From Myxococcota bacterium (lineage in GTDB: Bacteria > Myxococcota_A > SURF-8): a stretch of 64,000 nt of DNA. The stretch is from NCBI GenBank assembly GCA_965140415.1, contig OZ223209.1:160001-224000 (forward strand), in the 5' to 3' direction. The notes under the pieces were generated by a model that ran no database searches, had not been told where the DNA came from, and was given only the letters and a program-made list of their open reading frames with translations. Positions 46,326 to 56,104 of this stretch are shown here, piece after piece; position 1 is the stretch's first letter, and every line of letters starts with the position of its first letter. The position numbers and the translations under genes are program-made.

Positions 46326-48895
46326 TTCTGGGTCTTTCGTTCGTTCTCGATGCGCACGCTCTCACCGAGTCGCTCGATAATGGATTTCAGCTCGGGATTC
46401 GTGGAATCATAGCGTTGTGCGCGGCTGTAATAGCGCAGGGCGGCGCGGGTGTTACCCTGTTTTTCGTAGGTTTTTGCGATTCGTTCGTGAATGCCTGGAT
46501 TCTTGGGAGAATAGACCAGGGCGCGGTTGTATTCTCCACGTGCCAGATCGTACTTGCTGCGGGCCATATCGATATCGCCCGAAAGCAGGTAAGCTTCCAA
46601 CTTGCGGCTGGGATGCCGCCAGGCCAGACCGTGAATCTTCACGGCCATCTGGTTGGCCTCGTCGTAGCGCTTCGCCGCCAAATAGGTGCGTCCCTGCAAT
46701 AACCACAGCCCGATATTGACCGGTTGCAGCGTTTCCGCTTTGGCGTACCAGTTCAATGCTTCGTCAAAACTTCTTTGCGTCTGCGCGATTTCACCCTTGA
46801 GCATGTATCCCTGGTAATTGGCAGGGAACTTCGCGATCAATCGGCCTGCGGTTTCGCTTGCGGCGTCTATTCCGCCTTCTTCCAGATGGATTTTTCCCAT
46901 CAGATACAAGGTGGCGGGAGCGTGTTCGGTGTTGGTATCGACCCAGTTGGACAGCAGCATTTTTGCGGTGTCCGATTCTTCACGATCCACCAGAAAACGA
47001 GCCAGTTGCGGAATGCGTCCGTTGTCTTTTGGCACGGTGGCCGCCAGATCTTTCGGTTGCAGACCGCTTTTCAACATCTGACTCCAGGTGTCATCCAGCG
47101 GTTTTTGTTCCAGGGTTTTATTCTGGGCGGAGGCAAATGCCGCGCGCGCGTTGTCGAAATCGCCAACCAGTGCATAGGCTTTGCCGCTCCATCGATCCAC
47201 CATCGGATCGGTGGGGCTTAACAACCCGGCCTTTTCAAGATGCAGCATCTTGTTCGGCATTTCGGCAAACGATCCGGCCCGGTAACGCTCGCTGGCCAGA
47301 ATGCGCAGGTAGGCATCTGTCGGGTGGCGTCCCACTTCCGCAGAGAGCACACGCTCGAATTGGCTTTCGCTTAGCGAGCGGTCGTATACCGCCCGGTGCA
47401 AACGTTGTTGGCTTTGCGCGATGCGGTGATGCAGCCACAGCGCCTCACCGGCCAGCACCGTTACCACGGCCATGATCCACACGGAAATCAGCACCCAGCG
47501 CGGCAATTTCCGGGGTTTGATCCAACTGTTTTTACTGCGTTGCGCCGCGCGCGTAGTCAAGGCTCCGATTAAAAACACCAGTGGCATGGCTACGGCGAAC
47601 GTGCTCAGGTTGAAATCGACGTAATTGTGGATCGCCGCTACGAAAATCGCGCAGAGACCGGCCATTTCCATCCGTTTTAAATGGCGCGTTTTGAAGATCA
47701 GAAAGAGCCCGAATGCAAAACCGAAGATGATCGCCGCTCCCACCGGAAAGCCGCTTTCCACCACGATCTGCAACAGGATGTTTTCCGGGTAGTCGTAGCG
47801 CAAGTCATCTTTGACCGTTTTGTAAATCGGATAGGCCACCTTGAAGGATTCCGCCCCGATGCCTGCAACCGGAAAGGTCTTGGCCATCTGCCAGGCATCC
47901 TGCCAGATTTCCGGGCGCGTGCTGGCGGCCTGGTCATCACTGGAAAATTCATCGGCGAGTTGTTGCAATGCCAGCCAACTGGAAAGCACGATTACCAGCG
48001 CTACCGCCACCTGCACCCAAAGCAGTTCTTTTTTTCCGCGGCTGCGCCTCCAGAGCAGGTAGGTAAACAACAACTGCCCGGCTAAAAAGGCAATGATTCC
48101 ACCTTTGGAGAGCGTCATGAATACTGCAGTGGAAGTCACGACCGCCATGGCCAGAATGAACAAGCGTCGCTGACGCCCCTCTTCTTTAAGGGCGAAGCCG
48201 ATCTGAATCGGTACGCTCATGCCCAGAAAGGCCGCCAGATGGTTGGCGTTGATAAACGTCGAGAAAAAGAAGGGCGGTTGCTGTTCGAAAGGAATCAGCC
48301 CGTAAATTTTGGAAATTCCCAGCGCTTTCTGGATGAACCCGATCATGGCCAGTGCAAAGCCGGTAATGGCGATCGTTTTCAATACCGGATTGAGGCGTTC
48401 GTCATTATTGAACAGGTTCGCCGCAATCAGGTAGACCATTAACAATGAGAAGAAGCCGCTCAAACCGAACCAGGTTTCCGCCGGATCGAGTGAGAGCGTG
48501 CGCCATTGTCCCTGGCCATACAAGCCCAGACCATCCAACGTTACGTGATACAGGCGATCCGTTTCCGGCGAGAATACGGAAAGCAGCCAGGGCGGCAGCG
48601 GTGTCACCTGCAACAGGGTAAATAGCGCTCCCGCAAATAACACCACCCATAAGCCGGTGATATTCGTACGTTTCTGATTGATCAGGGCATCCATTACAAA
48701 CAGGGTGGATAAGCCCAGGATAATCACCCGTGCAATCAGCATCGGGTAGGGGCGCGAGGTCGTGGTTCCAAGCATTAACGGCAGCAGAGGAATCAGAACG
48801 ACAAATCCCCACAGCACCCATTTCTCCAGTACGCCGGGAGCGGGCTTGGGTAATCGTCTGTACCGCACGGGGCGGCGCTCGTTCATGCTTTCCAT
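46322..48895 (-). CDS. O-antigen ligase/Wzy_C-family membrane protein with C-terminal TPRs
   Basis: About 12 TM segments, STFINANH, TLSKGG, RPEIWQDA..FPVAGIG, ENILLQ..VESG, IHNYVDFN; TPR repeats at the C-terminus. Confidence 0.85.
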   Translation of the reverse strand: MESMNERRPVRYRRLPKPAPGVLEKWVLWGFVVLIPLLPLMLGTTTSRPYPMLIARVIILGLSTLFVMDALINQKRTNITGLWVVLFAGALFTLLQVTPLPPWLLSVFSPETDRLYHVTLDGLGLYGQGQWRTLSLDPAETWFGLSGFFSLLMVYLIAANLFNNDERLNPVLKTIAITGFALAMIGFIQKALGISKIYGLIPFEQQPPFFFSTFINANHLAAFLGMSVPIQIGFALKEEGRQRRLFILAMAVVTSTAVFMTLSKGGIIAFLAGQLLFTYLLWRRSRGKKELLWVQVAVALVIVLSSWLALQQLADEFSSDDQAASTRPEIWQDAWQMAKTFPVAGIGAESFKVAYPIYKTVKDDLRYDYPENILLQIVVESGFPVGAAIIFGFAFGLFLIFKTRHLKRMEMAGLCAIFVAAIHNYVDFNLSTFAVAMPLVFLIGALTTRAAQRSKNSWIKPRKLPRWVLISVWIMAVVTVLAGEALWLHHRIAQSQQRLHRAVYDRSLSESQFERVLSAEVGRHPTDAYLRILASERYRAGSFAEMPNKMLHLEKAGLLSPTDPMVDRWSGKAYALVGDFDNARAAFASAQNKTLEQKPLDDTWSQMLKSGLQPKDLAATVPKDNGRIPQLARFLVDREESDTAKMLLSNWVDTNTEHAPATLYLMGKIHLEEGGIDAASETAGRLIAKFPANYQGYMLKGEIAQTQRSFDEALNWYAKAETLQPVNIGLWLLQGRTYLAAKRYDEANQMAVKIHGLAWRHPSRKLEAYLLSGDIDMARSKYDLARGEYNRALVYSPKNPGIHERIAKTYEKQGNTRAALRYYSRAQRYDSTNPELKSIIERLGESVRIENERKTQK

Positions 48896-48941
48896 TGCGA
48901 ACCGAACCTTCCTCTGTATCGGGCGTTGATGCCCCACAGCA

Positions 48942-49934
48942 TTAGACCGGTGGCCATTTCCCTTCTGCCATCAATTCCGCAACGCGCGGTGCATGATAGG
49001 TCAAAATCAAATCCGCTCCCGCTCTGCGGATGCCGATCAGGTATTCATAAATGCTGCGATCCCGGTCGAGCCAGCCGTTTTGCGCTGCCGCTTCGATCAT
49101 GGCGTATTCTCCGCTGACGGCATAGGCGGCTACCGGGGTTTCCACCCAATCGCGAATCTTGGCGATGACATCCAAATAGGCCAGCGCCGGTTTGACCATC
49201 ACGATATCCGCGCCTTCCTCGATGTCCTGATCCACTTCCTGCACCGCCTGGCGCAGATTGGCCGGGTCCATCTGGTGGGAGCGCCGATCGCCGAAAGCGG
49301 GTGCGGAACCGGCGGCATCGCGAAACGGTCCGTAAAAGGCGGAGGCGTATTTTGCCGAATAGGCCATGATCGGAATGTGAGAATAGCCTGACATATCAAG
49401 CGCTTCGCGAATTGCTCCGACGCGACCGTCCATCATGTCGCTGGGAGCGATTATATCCGCTCCGGCTTCGGCCAATGTCACCGCCGCCTGCGCCAATAAC
49501 GGCAGGGTGGCGTCGTTGTCGATGTATTCTCCCGCCAGCAAACCGCAGTGACCGTGCGAGGTGTATTCGCATAAACAGACATCGACCACTACCAATAGCG
49601 GCAGTCCTTCTTTTTTCAGCGCACGCACCGCCTGCTGCACGATGCCGTCTTGCGCATATGCGCCGGTGCCCTGCGGATCTTTATGCTCGGGAATACCGAA
49701 TAAAATGATGGCCTTGATGCCCAACTCGGAGATCCGGCGCGCCTCCGGCAGCAGCATGTCGATGGATAACTGGTACTGGCCAGGCATAGAGGGAATCTCG
49801 TTTTTGACGCCTTGCCCGTAATGCACGAACATCGGGTAAATCAGGTCATCCAGCGACAAACGGGTTTCGCGCACCAGATCCCGCAACAATCCCTGTTCGC
49901 GCAAGCGCCGCATGCGGACATCGGGAAAACTCAT
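48942..49934 (-). CDS. hemB: porphobilinogen synthase (Zn-type)
   Basis: RMRRLR, DVCLCEYTSHGHCG, APSDMMDGR, YSAKYASAFYGPFRDA, MVKPA, SGEYAM. Confidence 0.97.
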   Translation of the reverse strand: MSFPDVRMRRLREQGLLRDLVRETRLSLDDLIYPMFVHYGQGVKNEIPSMPGQYQLSIDMLLPEARRISELGIKAIILFGIPEHKDPQGTGAYAQDGIVQQAVRALKKEGLPLLVVVDVCLCEYTSHGHCGLLAGEYIDNDATLPLLAQAAVTLAEAGADIIAPSDMMDGRVGAIREALDMSGYSHIPIMAYSAKYASAFYGPFRDAAGSAPAFGDRRSHQMDPANLRQAVQEVDQDIEEGADIVMVKPALAYLDVIAKIRDWVETPVAAYAVSGEYAMIEAAAQNGWLDRDRSIYEYLIGIRRAGADLILTYHAPRVAELMAEGKWPPV

Positions 49935-49973
49935 ATCAACTCCTGTTTTCGTCTCACACCCGATTGGGTGACG

Positions 49974-50663
49974 CTACATCTCGAATCGATAGCCGACCGC
50001 GCGCACCGTCAGGAAATGACGCGGACGTTCCGGTTCTTCCTCGAACAGCTTGCGCAGTCGCAGCACGAAATTATCCACCGTACGTTCCGTGGGGGCGGTG
50101 TCCATCCCCCAGACTTCTTCAAGGATATCCACACGTTTCAGGCTGTGTCCCGCCATACGCACGAACATGCCCAACAGCCGCGCCTCTTTTTCCGACAGGC
50201 GCACCTGGCCTTCGACGGTTTGTGCTTCGCGTGTATCCAGATTCGCCGTAAAGCGACCGATTTTTACCACTTGATTGCTGGGGACTTCCCGCTGAGCCTG
50301 TCCGCGGCGGATCATCGCCCGCACCCGCGCCAGAAACTCAGCCATATCAAAGGGTTTGGTCAGGTAATCATCCGCGCCCGAATCCAAGCCCTGCACTTTG
50401 GCCTGGGTTTCGGAGCGAGCTGTGAGCATCAGAACGGGGGTGAAGATCTCTTTGGCGCGCAGTTCGGAAACCACTTCGAATCCGTTTTTTCCGGGTAGCA
50501 TCACATCCAGCACGACGGCGTCGAACGCTTCGTTTTCAATCGCCGGCAGCGCCTTGTCTCCGGCCATTACCCAGCTTGCCCGGTAGCCTTCGCGCTCCAG
50601 GTTCAGCTTGATCATCTCTCCGATCAGCTCGTCATCTTCGACCAGCAGTATCCGTTCCGCCAT
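49974..50663 (-). CDS. OmpR/PhoB-family response regulator
   Basis: ILLVEDD, LDVMLPG, LMLTAR, GADDYLTKPF, wHTH ERTVDNFVLRLRK...TVRAVGYRF; start ATG 50663. Confidence 0.95.
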   Translation of the reverse strand: MAERILLVEDDELIGEMIKLNLEREGYRASWVMAGDKALPAIENEAFDAVVLDVMLPGKNGFEVVSELRAKEIFTPVLMLTARSETQAKVQGLDSGADDYLTKPFDMAEFLARVRAMIRRGQAQREVPSNQVVKIGRFTANLDTREAQTVEGQVRLSEKEARLLGMFVRMAGHSLKRVDILEEVWGMDTAPTERTVDNFVLRLRKLFEEEPERPRHFLTVRAVGYRFEM

Positions 50664-50665
50664 GC

Positions 50666-51823
50666 CTACGCCACTTTCTTCAAATGCAGAATCATGCGCG
50701 TGCCTTTGCCGGGTCCGTTGCTTTGCGCGATCAGTTCCCCGCCGAAAGAACGCAGCAGTTGCCGAGCGATATATAAACCCAACCCGGAACCCTTGATTTC
50801 CCCGATGCGCTCGCTGGGACCGCGCCACAACTTGTGAAACATCGCCTTGCGTTCGGCGCGACTCAGTCCCACCCCGTTGTCTTCCACCACAATCATGCCC
50901 CATTCGTCCGTTTCCTGCAAGATAACCCGCACTTCGGGTACATCGGAGGAATACTTGAAGGCGTTGTCCAGCAGGTTTTCCATAATGTGGCGCATCAAAT
51001 CCGGATCGGCCCAGACCGAAATCTCATCCGCACAATCCACCACGACTTCGGCGCGTTTGTCGCTGAACAACCGGTTGCGGCGTTCCACGAATTCCCGCGT
51101 TCCTTCAATCAGTTGCAATGGACGCGGCTGCGAATTGAAAATTCCTTGCTGAATGCGATTGGCGAGCAGCACGTTTTCGATCAGGCTTTGTAAATGATTG
51201 GTTTCGATCAATCCCAATCGGGCGTAACGAGCTTGTTTTTCCTCTGGAATTCCTCCACTGGAGAAGGTTTCCAACAGCGCCTTGACTCCCGCGACCGGCG
51301 TTTTCAGTTCATGGCTGACCGCCTGGAAAAAGAGTTCCACATTGCGCCGCGCCCGACGCTCGGAAAGCCACAGAAAATACAGACCCAGGCAGAGAATCAC
51401 GATTAGAATGATCAGCAGTGATCCTTCACCGGCCACCATCACCATGCGGCTGCGGTGCTTGACTTTCTGCTCTTTCAATACCTGCGGCTTGACCTGTAGC
51501 AAGAGTTCGGGGAAATTCGGTTGTAATGGCAAGGCGGCGATATCGTGCGCCTGCGAATCGGAAACGATTTCAAATATCGAATCCGGTTCTATAACGGGTG
51601 GATTGTGTTTGTCGCGCAGACCCAGACCATGAGCGACCATCAGCATCTGCAATTGTTGCCGCTCCATGCTCAACGTATAAACGGTTTGCATCTGCTGCCA
51701 TTGCAGAATCACCCACCAGATCCCCAGGCTGGTTAACGCCAGCACGGCCACTAACAGCAGTGGATGCAGCGGGCGCAAGCCTCGTCCGTGCCAGCTTCGC
51801 GTTTTCGTTTGACCGCTTGCCAT
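50666..51823 (-). CDS. sensor histidine kinase (2 TM, HisKA-HATPase)
   Basis: SHELKTP H-box, NLLDNAFKY, VEDNGVG, KGSGLGL. Confidence 0.95.
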   Translation of the reverse strand: MASGQTKTRSWHGRGLRPLHPLLLVAVLALTSLGIWWVILQWQQMQTVYTLSMERQQLQMLMVAHGLGLRDKHNPPVIEPDSIFEIVSDSQAHDIAALPLQPNFPELLLQVKPQVLKEQKVKHRSRMVMVAGEGSLLIILIVILCLGLYFLWLSERRARRNVELFFQAVSHELKTPVAGVKALLETFSSGGIPEEKQARYARLGLIETNHLQSLIENVLLANRIQQGIFNSQPRPLQLIEGTREFVERRNRLFSDKRAEVVVDCADEISVWADPDLMRHIMENLLDNAFKYSSDVPEVRVILQETDEWGMIVVEDNGVGLSRAERKAMFHKLWRGPSERIGEIKGSGLGLYIARQLLRSFGGELIAQSNGPGKGTRMILHLKKVA

Positions 51824-51830
51824 GGTTTTC

Positions 51831-53120
51831 CTATTCGGCGCTTAGAACGTCCGCCCAGGCTTCTGCCAGACCCTCGATATGTTCGACGCTATGGGCGGTG
51901 GATAAAAACGCCACTTCCCAAGCGGAGGGAGCCAGGTAATAACCCCGGTCCAGCATGGCGCGATGATGCCGGTTAAAGCGTGCAATCGCGCGCTCGGAGA
52001 CCTTTTCGGGCTGGCGCGGAAGTTCTCCCGTGTCCAGATACAGCCAGCCGATGGAGCCCACGCGCCGACTCTGGAAATCGCCGAAGCGTTCCTTCAATCC
52101 GGCGAAGGCGGCATCCTGTGCCTGTCCGAGTTTTTCCAAGCTGTCGTAGGCATCGGTCTGCTTCAATACGTCCAACGTCGCACAGCCTGCGGCCATGGCC
52201 ACGGGATTGCCGGAAAGCGTTCCGGCTTGATACACCTTGCCGTTGGGTGCGAATAACTCCATCAACGCCGCCGAACCGAGTAGCGCGCCGACCGGCATAC
52301 CGCCGCCCACGATCTTTCCAAGCGTTACCAGATCCGGGAGAATGCCCGTTTTGTGCATGTAGCCGCCGTAGTGCAGCCGGAAGCCCGAAATAACTTCATC
52401 GAAGATCAACAGCGCACCATGCTGCTTCGTGATGTCTCGCAAAAACTGCAAGTACTCGGGACGCTGCACGAGCAGGCCGCTGTTTGCCGGAAGCGGTTCC
52501 AGAATCACCGCTGCGATCTGATCCGGGTATTTTGCGAAGAGTTCGCGTACCGCCTCTTCATCGTCCAACGGAACAACCAGGGTTTCTCCGGCAATGGCCG
52601 CCGGGACGCCGTCGGAGGAGGCGATCGGCTGGGTGATCAAACCGCTGCCTGCTTTGACCAGCAGGTGATCGGCATGGCCGTGATAGCAGCCGGAAAACTT
52701 GATGATTTTCCCGCGTGCCGTCGCACCGCGCGCCAGCCGCACCGCCGACATGACAGCCTCGGTACCACTGCTGACGAAGCGTACTCGTTCGAATTCCGGG
52801 AAGGCATCCAATACGCGCTCGGCCAGATCGATTTCCCGCTTGCAGCAGGCTCCGAAGCTTAGCCCGTCCTGTAATGCCGCCGTGGCCGCTTCAACCACCG
52901 CCGGGTGCGCATGACCCAGAATCAACGGACCCCAGGAACCGCAGAAATCCACGTATTCATTGCCGTCGGCATCTGTGACTTTTGCTCCCGCACCTTTTTC
53001 GAAATAAACCGGATGGCCGCCGACGCTGCCGAAGGCGCGTACCGGCGAATTGACGCCGCCGGGCATCAAGTTCACGGCTCGTTCGTAATACTCACTCGAT
53101 TGACGATATCGATCACTCAT
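51831..53120 (-). CDS. hemL: glutamate-1-semialdehyde 2,1-aminomutase
   Basis: MPGGVNSPVRAF, SWGPLILGH, SGTEAVMSA, GCYHGHAD, IFDEVISGFR, LGKIVGGGMP, YQAGTLSGNP. Confidence 0.97.
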   Translation of the reverse strand: MSDRYRQSSEYYERAVNLMPGGVNSPVRAFGSVGGHPVYFEKGAGAKVTDADGNEYVDFCGSWGPLILGHAHPAVVEAATAALQDGLSFGACCKREIDLAERVLDAFPEFERVRFVSSGTEAVMSAVRLARGATARGKIIKFSGCYHGHADHLLVKAGSGLITQPIASSDGVPAAIAGETLVVPLDDEEAVRELFAKYPDQIAAVILEPLPANSGLLVQRPEYLQFLRDITKQHGALLIFDEVISGFRLHYGGYMHKTGILPDLVTLGKIVGGGMPVGALLGSAALMELFAPNGKVYQAGTLSGNPVAMAAGCATLDVLKQTDAYDSLEKLGQAQDAAFAGLKERFGDFQSRRVGSIGWLYLDTGELPRQPEKVSERAIARFNRHHRAMLDRGYYLAPSAWEVAFLSTAHSVEHIEGLAEAWADVLSAE

Positions 53121-53222
53121 CTTTGGCTCCGTCTTCTCTTTCACGGTTCAACAATTACCGAAATCACCATACTTGGATAAGGAAAGCTTTACCAGTGCTT
53201 TCCCGTCTTTTCAGGGTTCATC

Positions 53223-53939
53223 TCACTTCACGAGGTCGCATAGGGTTTCAGCCAGTACCGCATTTTCGGTGGAAGTGGAAACCACCGGTTGCAGGCCCTG
53301 CGAACGAAGCCAGTTTCCGGTGGTGCTGCCGATGGCAAGCAGTTTCTTTTCATGGGCAAACGGATTGGCTTGTAAAAAGCGTTTGGCGGCACTGGGACTG
53401 GCCAAAAGCACCGCATCGAATTTTTCGGTAACGACCGGCTTGGGTGGTTCCCGGTTTTCGTAGACTGTCAACGGATAAATCGTATGTCCCAATTCGGACA
53501 ATTTCGACGAGGCGCTGTCACGACTGTGATCGCCGCGCACGACCAGAACTCGCGATGCCAGCCCCAGTTTCGGGATCATGCGCTCGGCCAGATTCGCTCC
53601 GGTGGCGGGATCTGCCACGACATCCGGCGGCCAGCCAACGTCTTGCAGTCGTCGCGCCGTGCCGGGACCGACCGCGCCGATCAAACGAGGGCGATCCTGC
53701 GTGCGCCGCTCCGCCTGGCTTTGCAACCAACTGAAGAAGCCGCCAACGCCGTTTTTGCTGGCGAACAGGGCCGCATCCAATCGGTTCAATTCCGGCAGCG
53801 CCAGTACTTCCTCTTCCGAAGGAGCGACGAAGGCGATTTGCAGACAGGGCGCTTGAATGACGCGGATGCCGCGTTTGCCAAGCAATCCGGCTAATGGCGC
53901 ATTGTCCGCCGCTTCGCGTGTCAGGACAACGGTTGGCAC
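53223..53939 (-). CDS. hemD: uroporphyrinogen-III synthase
   Basis: VVLTRE, FASKNGV, AVGPGTA, VYEN, ASPSAA, AIGSTT; position after hemC. Confidence 0.85.
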   Translation of the reverse strand: MPTVVLTREAADNAPLAGLLGKRGIRVIQAPCLQIAFVAPSEEEVLALPELNRLDAALFASKNGVGGFFSWLQSQAERRTQDRPRLIGAVGPGTARRLQDVGWPPDVVADPATGANLAERMIPKLGLASRVLVVRGDHSRDSASSKLSELGHTIYPLTVYENREPPKPVVTEKFDAVLLASPSAAKRFLQANPFAHEKKLLAIGSTTGNWLRSQGLQPVVSTSTENAVLAETLCDLVK

Positions 53940-54880
53940 AGGCTTCCCTCCATGATTGCGGTTTCTTCGCCGCCTTTCAATACACGTTCCAATTCCTCAT
54001 AGGCGCGCGCGGTGGCTTCTTCCATTGTGGAATTTTCCACATACGCCGCCCGCCAGTTGCCGTGTTCGTCTTCATGACCCAGCCGGATACAGAAACCGCC
54101 TTTATCCAGTTTTTGTGCCCAGGCTCCGAAGGCCGCATGACAGCCGCCCTCGAAACGCGCCAATAGTTCACGCTCCGCCATCACTGCCTGCCAGGCGGCA
54201 TCGTCGTGAAAATCGCATAAGGCCTGCTTTACGCGCTCGTCGCCCAGGCGTAGTTCCACGCCCATTACCGCCTGTCCGGGTGCAGGAATCCAGATCGACG
54301 GATTCAATTCATAGACGTGCAACCCTTGCAGATCCAATTGCAGCCGATCCAGCCCGGCGCGCGCCAAAATGATGGCGTCGTATTCGCCGTTACGTAGTTT
54401 ATCGACGCGGGTGGGCACGTTGCCGCGCAGCATGGCGGCTTTTAAATGCGGTGCAAAGCGCCGCAATAGCGACTGCCGCCGCAGGCTTGTTGCACCGACT
54501 ACGCCGCCCGGTTTCACCGGCAAAGGCTGTTGTTCATCAAAAGATGCAGGATGCACCAGCAGCACATCGGCCACCGCCGCTCTTTTAGACACCGCCCCAA
54601 GTTCCAGGCCCTCGGGCAGTTCGGTGGGAAGATCCTTCAGGCTGTGAACGGCCAGATCCACGTTGCCCGCCAGAAGCTCGTCTTCGATTTCTTTCGTGAA
54701 AAAGCCCTTGTCCGCCTGTCCCTGTAACGCGCGATCCAGAAAGCGGTCGCCTGCCGTTTTGATGACCGTGATTTCGGCCCCGCCGTGAATGACTCCGGCG
54801 ACGTGATTGGATTGCCACAGGGCAAGCTGGCTGCCGCGCGATCCGATGATAAAAGTTTTATTGCCGTTAGGACTGCTCAT
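53921..54880 (-). CDS. hemC: hydroxymethylbilane synthase (porphobilinogen deaminase)
   Basis: GSRGSQLALWQ, KGFFTKEIE, AVHSLKDLPT, SLRR, RGNVPTR, PAPGQ, GGCH. Confidence 0.96.
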   Translation of the reverse strand: MSSPNGNKTFIIGSRGSQLALWQSNHVAGVIHGGAEITVIKTAGDRFLDRALQGQADKGFFTKEIEDELLAGNVDLAVHSLKDLPTELPEGLELGAVSKRAAVADVLLVHPASFDEQQPLPVKPGGVVGATSLRRQSLLRRFAPHLKAAMLRGNVPTRVDKLRNGEYDAIILARAGLDRLQLDLQGLHVYELNPSIWIPAPGQAVMGVELRLGDERVKQALCDFHDDAAWQAVMAERELLARFEGGCHAAFGAWAQKLDKGGFCIRLGHEDEHGNWRAAYVENSTMEEATARAYEELERVLKGGEETAIMEGSLCQPLS

Positions 54881-56099
54881 CGGCGTTCTCCGTGATTTCG
54901 TGAATGGAATTGAAAATGGAATTGGTGTATTCGCGGATCAGGCCGCGCAAACGGAAGGCCAGCCGGTTTCGATCCTCCTGGCTCAGTTGGGGCAGTTCCG
55001 TATCCAGCAATTGCGGAATGACTTCCTTGATGTAGCGCTCGTGCTGATTTTGCGTGGTTTCCAGCACTTTGACCAGGTTTCGTTCCCGGCAGAAGCGGGT
55101 GAATTCGCGCATGGCTTCGCGGATCACGCGTCGCATGTGGCGCATCCCTTCCGAATTCCCCGCCGGAATGACCAGCAGATCCTGCAAGGTATCCAAATCC
55201 ACGCGCACGAGCTTGTCCAATTCGGATAAGGCTGTCTCGCTCTGTACGGGAATGCCGATATCCACGATGGTCAACTCCCGCCCTTCGCGCGGCAGGATAT
55301 GACGTGCTCCCAATAGCGGCTTTTCCGAACTGGTACACAAAATCGCAGCGTCGGCCTGTTGTAAAAGCTCCGGCAAGCGCTCCAAAGGCTGAACCTTATC
55401 GCGCTGCAAAAAGGTGATCGTGCGATTGACACGCTCTGTCTGCCAGTTCGTGCGAGCCTTCAAACTCTGGTTGACCTGCCTGCCAATCGCTCCCGTGCCG
55501 ACCACGACTACCGAGTAAGGTTGCTTGGGATCGTGTCGTTCGGTTAGAAAGCGCACCGCGGCATCGTGTACGCCGCGCAGCGTCGTATCGCCCAACTGGG
55601 TTTGCGCCGCTTCACGCGCCACGCGCCCCAACAAAGGACTGAGCCCGTTCAGAATGACGGAGGAGCGTTGCCTCTGCTTGGCGATATTGAACGCACAGTT
55701 CAACTGCGTCGCGATCTGCCGTTCTCCGATTACGAAAGACTCGATTCCGCTGACCACGCGCAGCAGGTGTTCCACCGCCGCAATCCCCGTAAACACGTAT
55801 GGATCGGGGATTTTTCCCTCGCCGTCGTCCTTTTTCAGGCGGCGGATGAACTGCGCTTTTAAAATCTGCGCTGCCCACTGTGGCGTGCTGGAAGAAACGA
55901 TCCATTCGTTGCGATTGCAGGTATCCAGTACCACCAGCCCGCGTGCGATGCCGGAATCTTCCAGGCGGCGGTGCAGTTCGTCGGCCTGATCCGGCTTTGT
56001 GACCAGGCGCGAGCGCATCCCCGCGCCTGCAATGCGGAAGTCGTAGCCGATTACGGCCAGGGGAATTTCGATACAATCAAACGTTGCGTTGTGATTCAT
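54867..56099 (-). CDS. hemA: glutamyl-tRNA reductase
   Basis: TCNRNE (catalytic Cys), HLLRVVSGIESFVIGERQI, GTGAIG, NRT, DIGIP. Confidence 0.9.
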   Translation of the reverse strand: MNHNATFDCIEIPLAVIGYDFRIAGAGMRSRLVTKPDQADELHRRLEDSGIARGLVVLDTCNRNEWIVSSSTPQWAAQILKAQFIRRLKKDDGEGKIPDPYVFTGIAAVEHLLRVVSGIESFVIGERQIATQLNCAFNIAKQRQRSSVILNGLSPLLGRVAREAAQTQLGDTTLRGVHDAAVRFLTERHDPKQPYSVVVVGTGAIGRQVNQSLKARTNWQTERVNRTITFLQRDKVQPLERLPELLQQADAAILCTSSEKPLLGARHILPREGRELTIVDIGIPVQSETALSELDKLVRVDLDTLQDLLVIPAGNSEGMRHMRRVIREAMREFTRFCRERNLVKVLETTQNQHERYIKEVIPQLLDTELPQLSQEDRNRLAFRLRGLIREYTNSIFNSIHEITENADEQS

Positions 56100-56104
56100 C
56101 TCAG

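Noticed and set aside
49974-50903. 309-aa version of the response regulator (and extended starts for nifJ, hemH, hemA, DUF362, FGE and the 34856 ORF)
   Set aside because: The extensions overlap neighbouring genes or promoters; downstream starts match family N-termini and mostly have an RBS.
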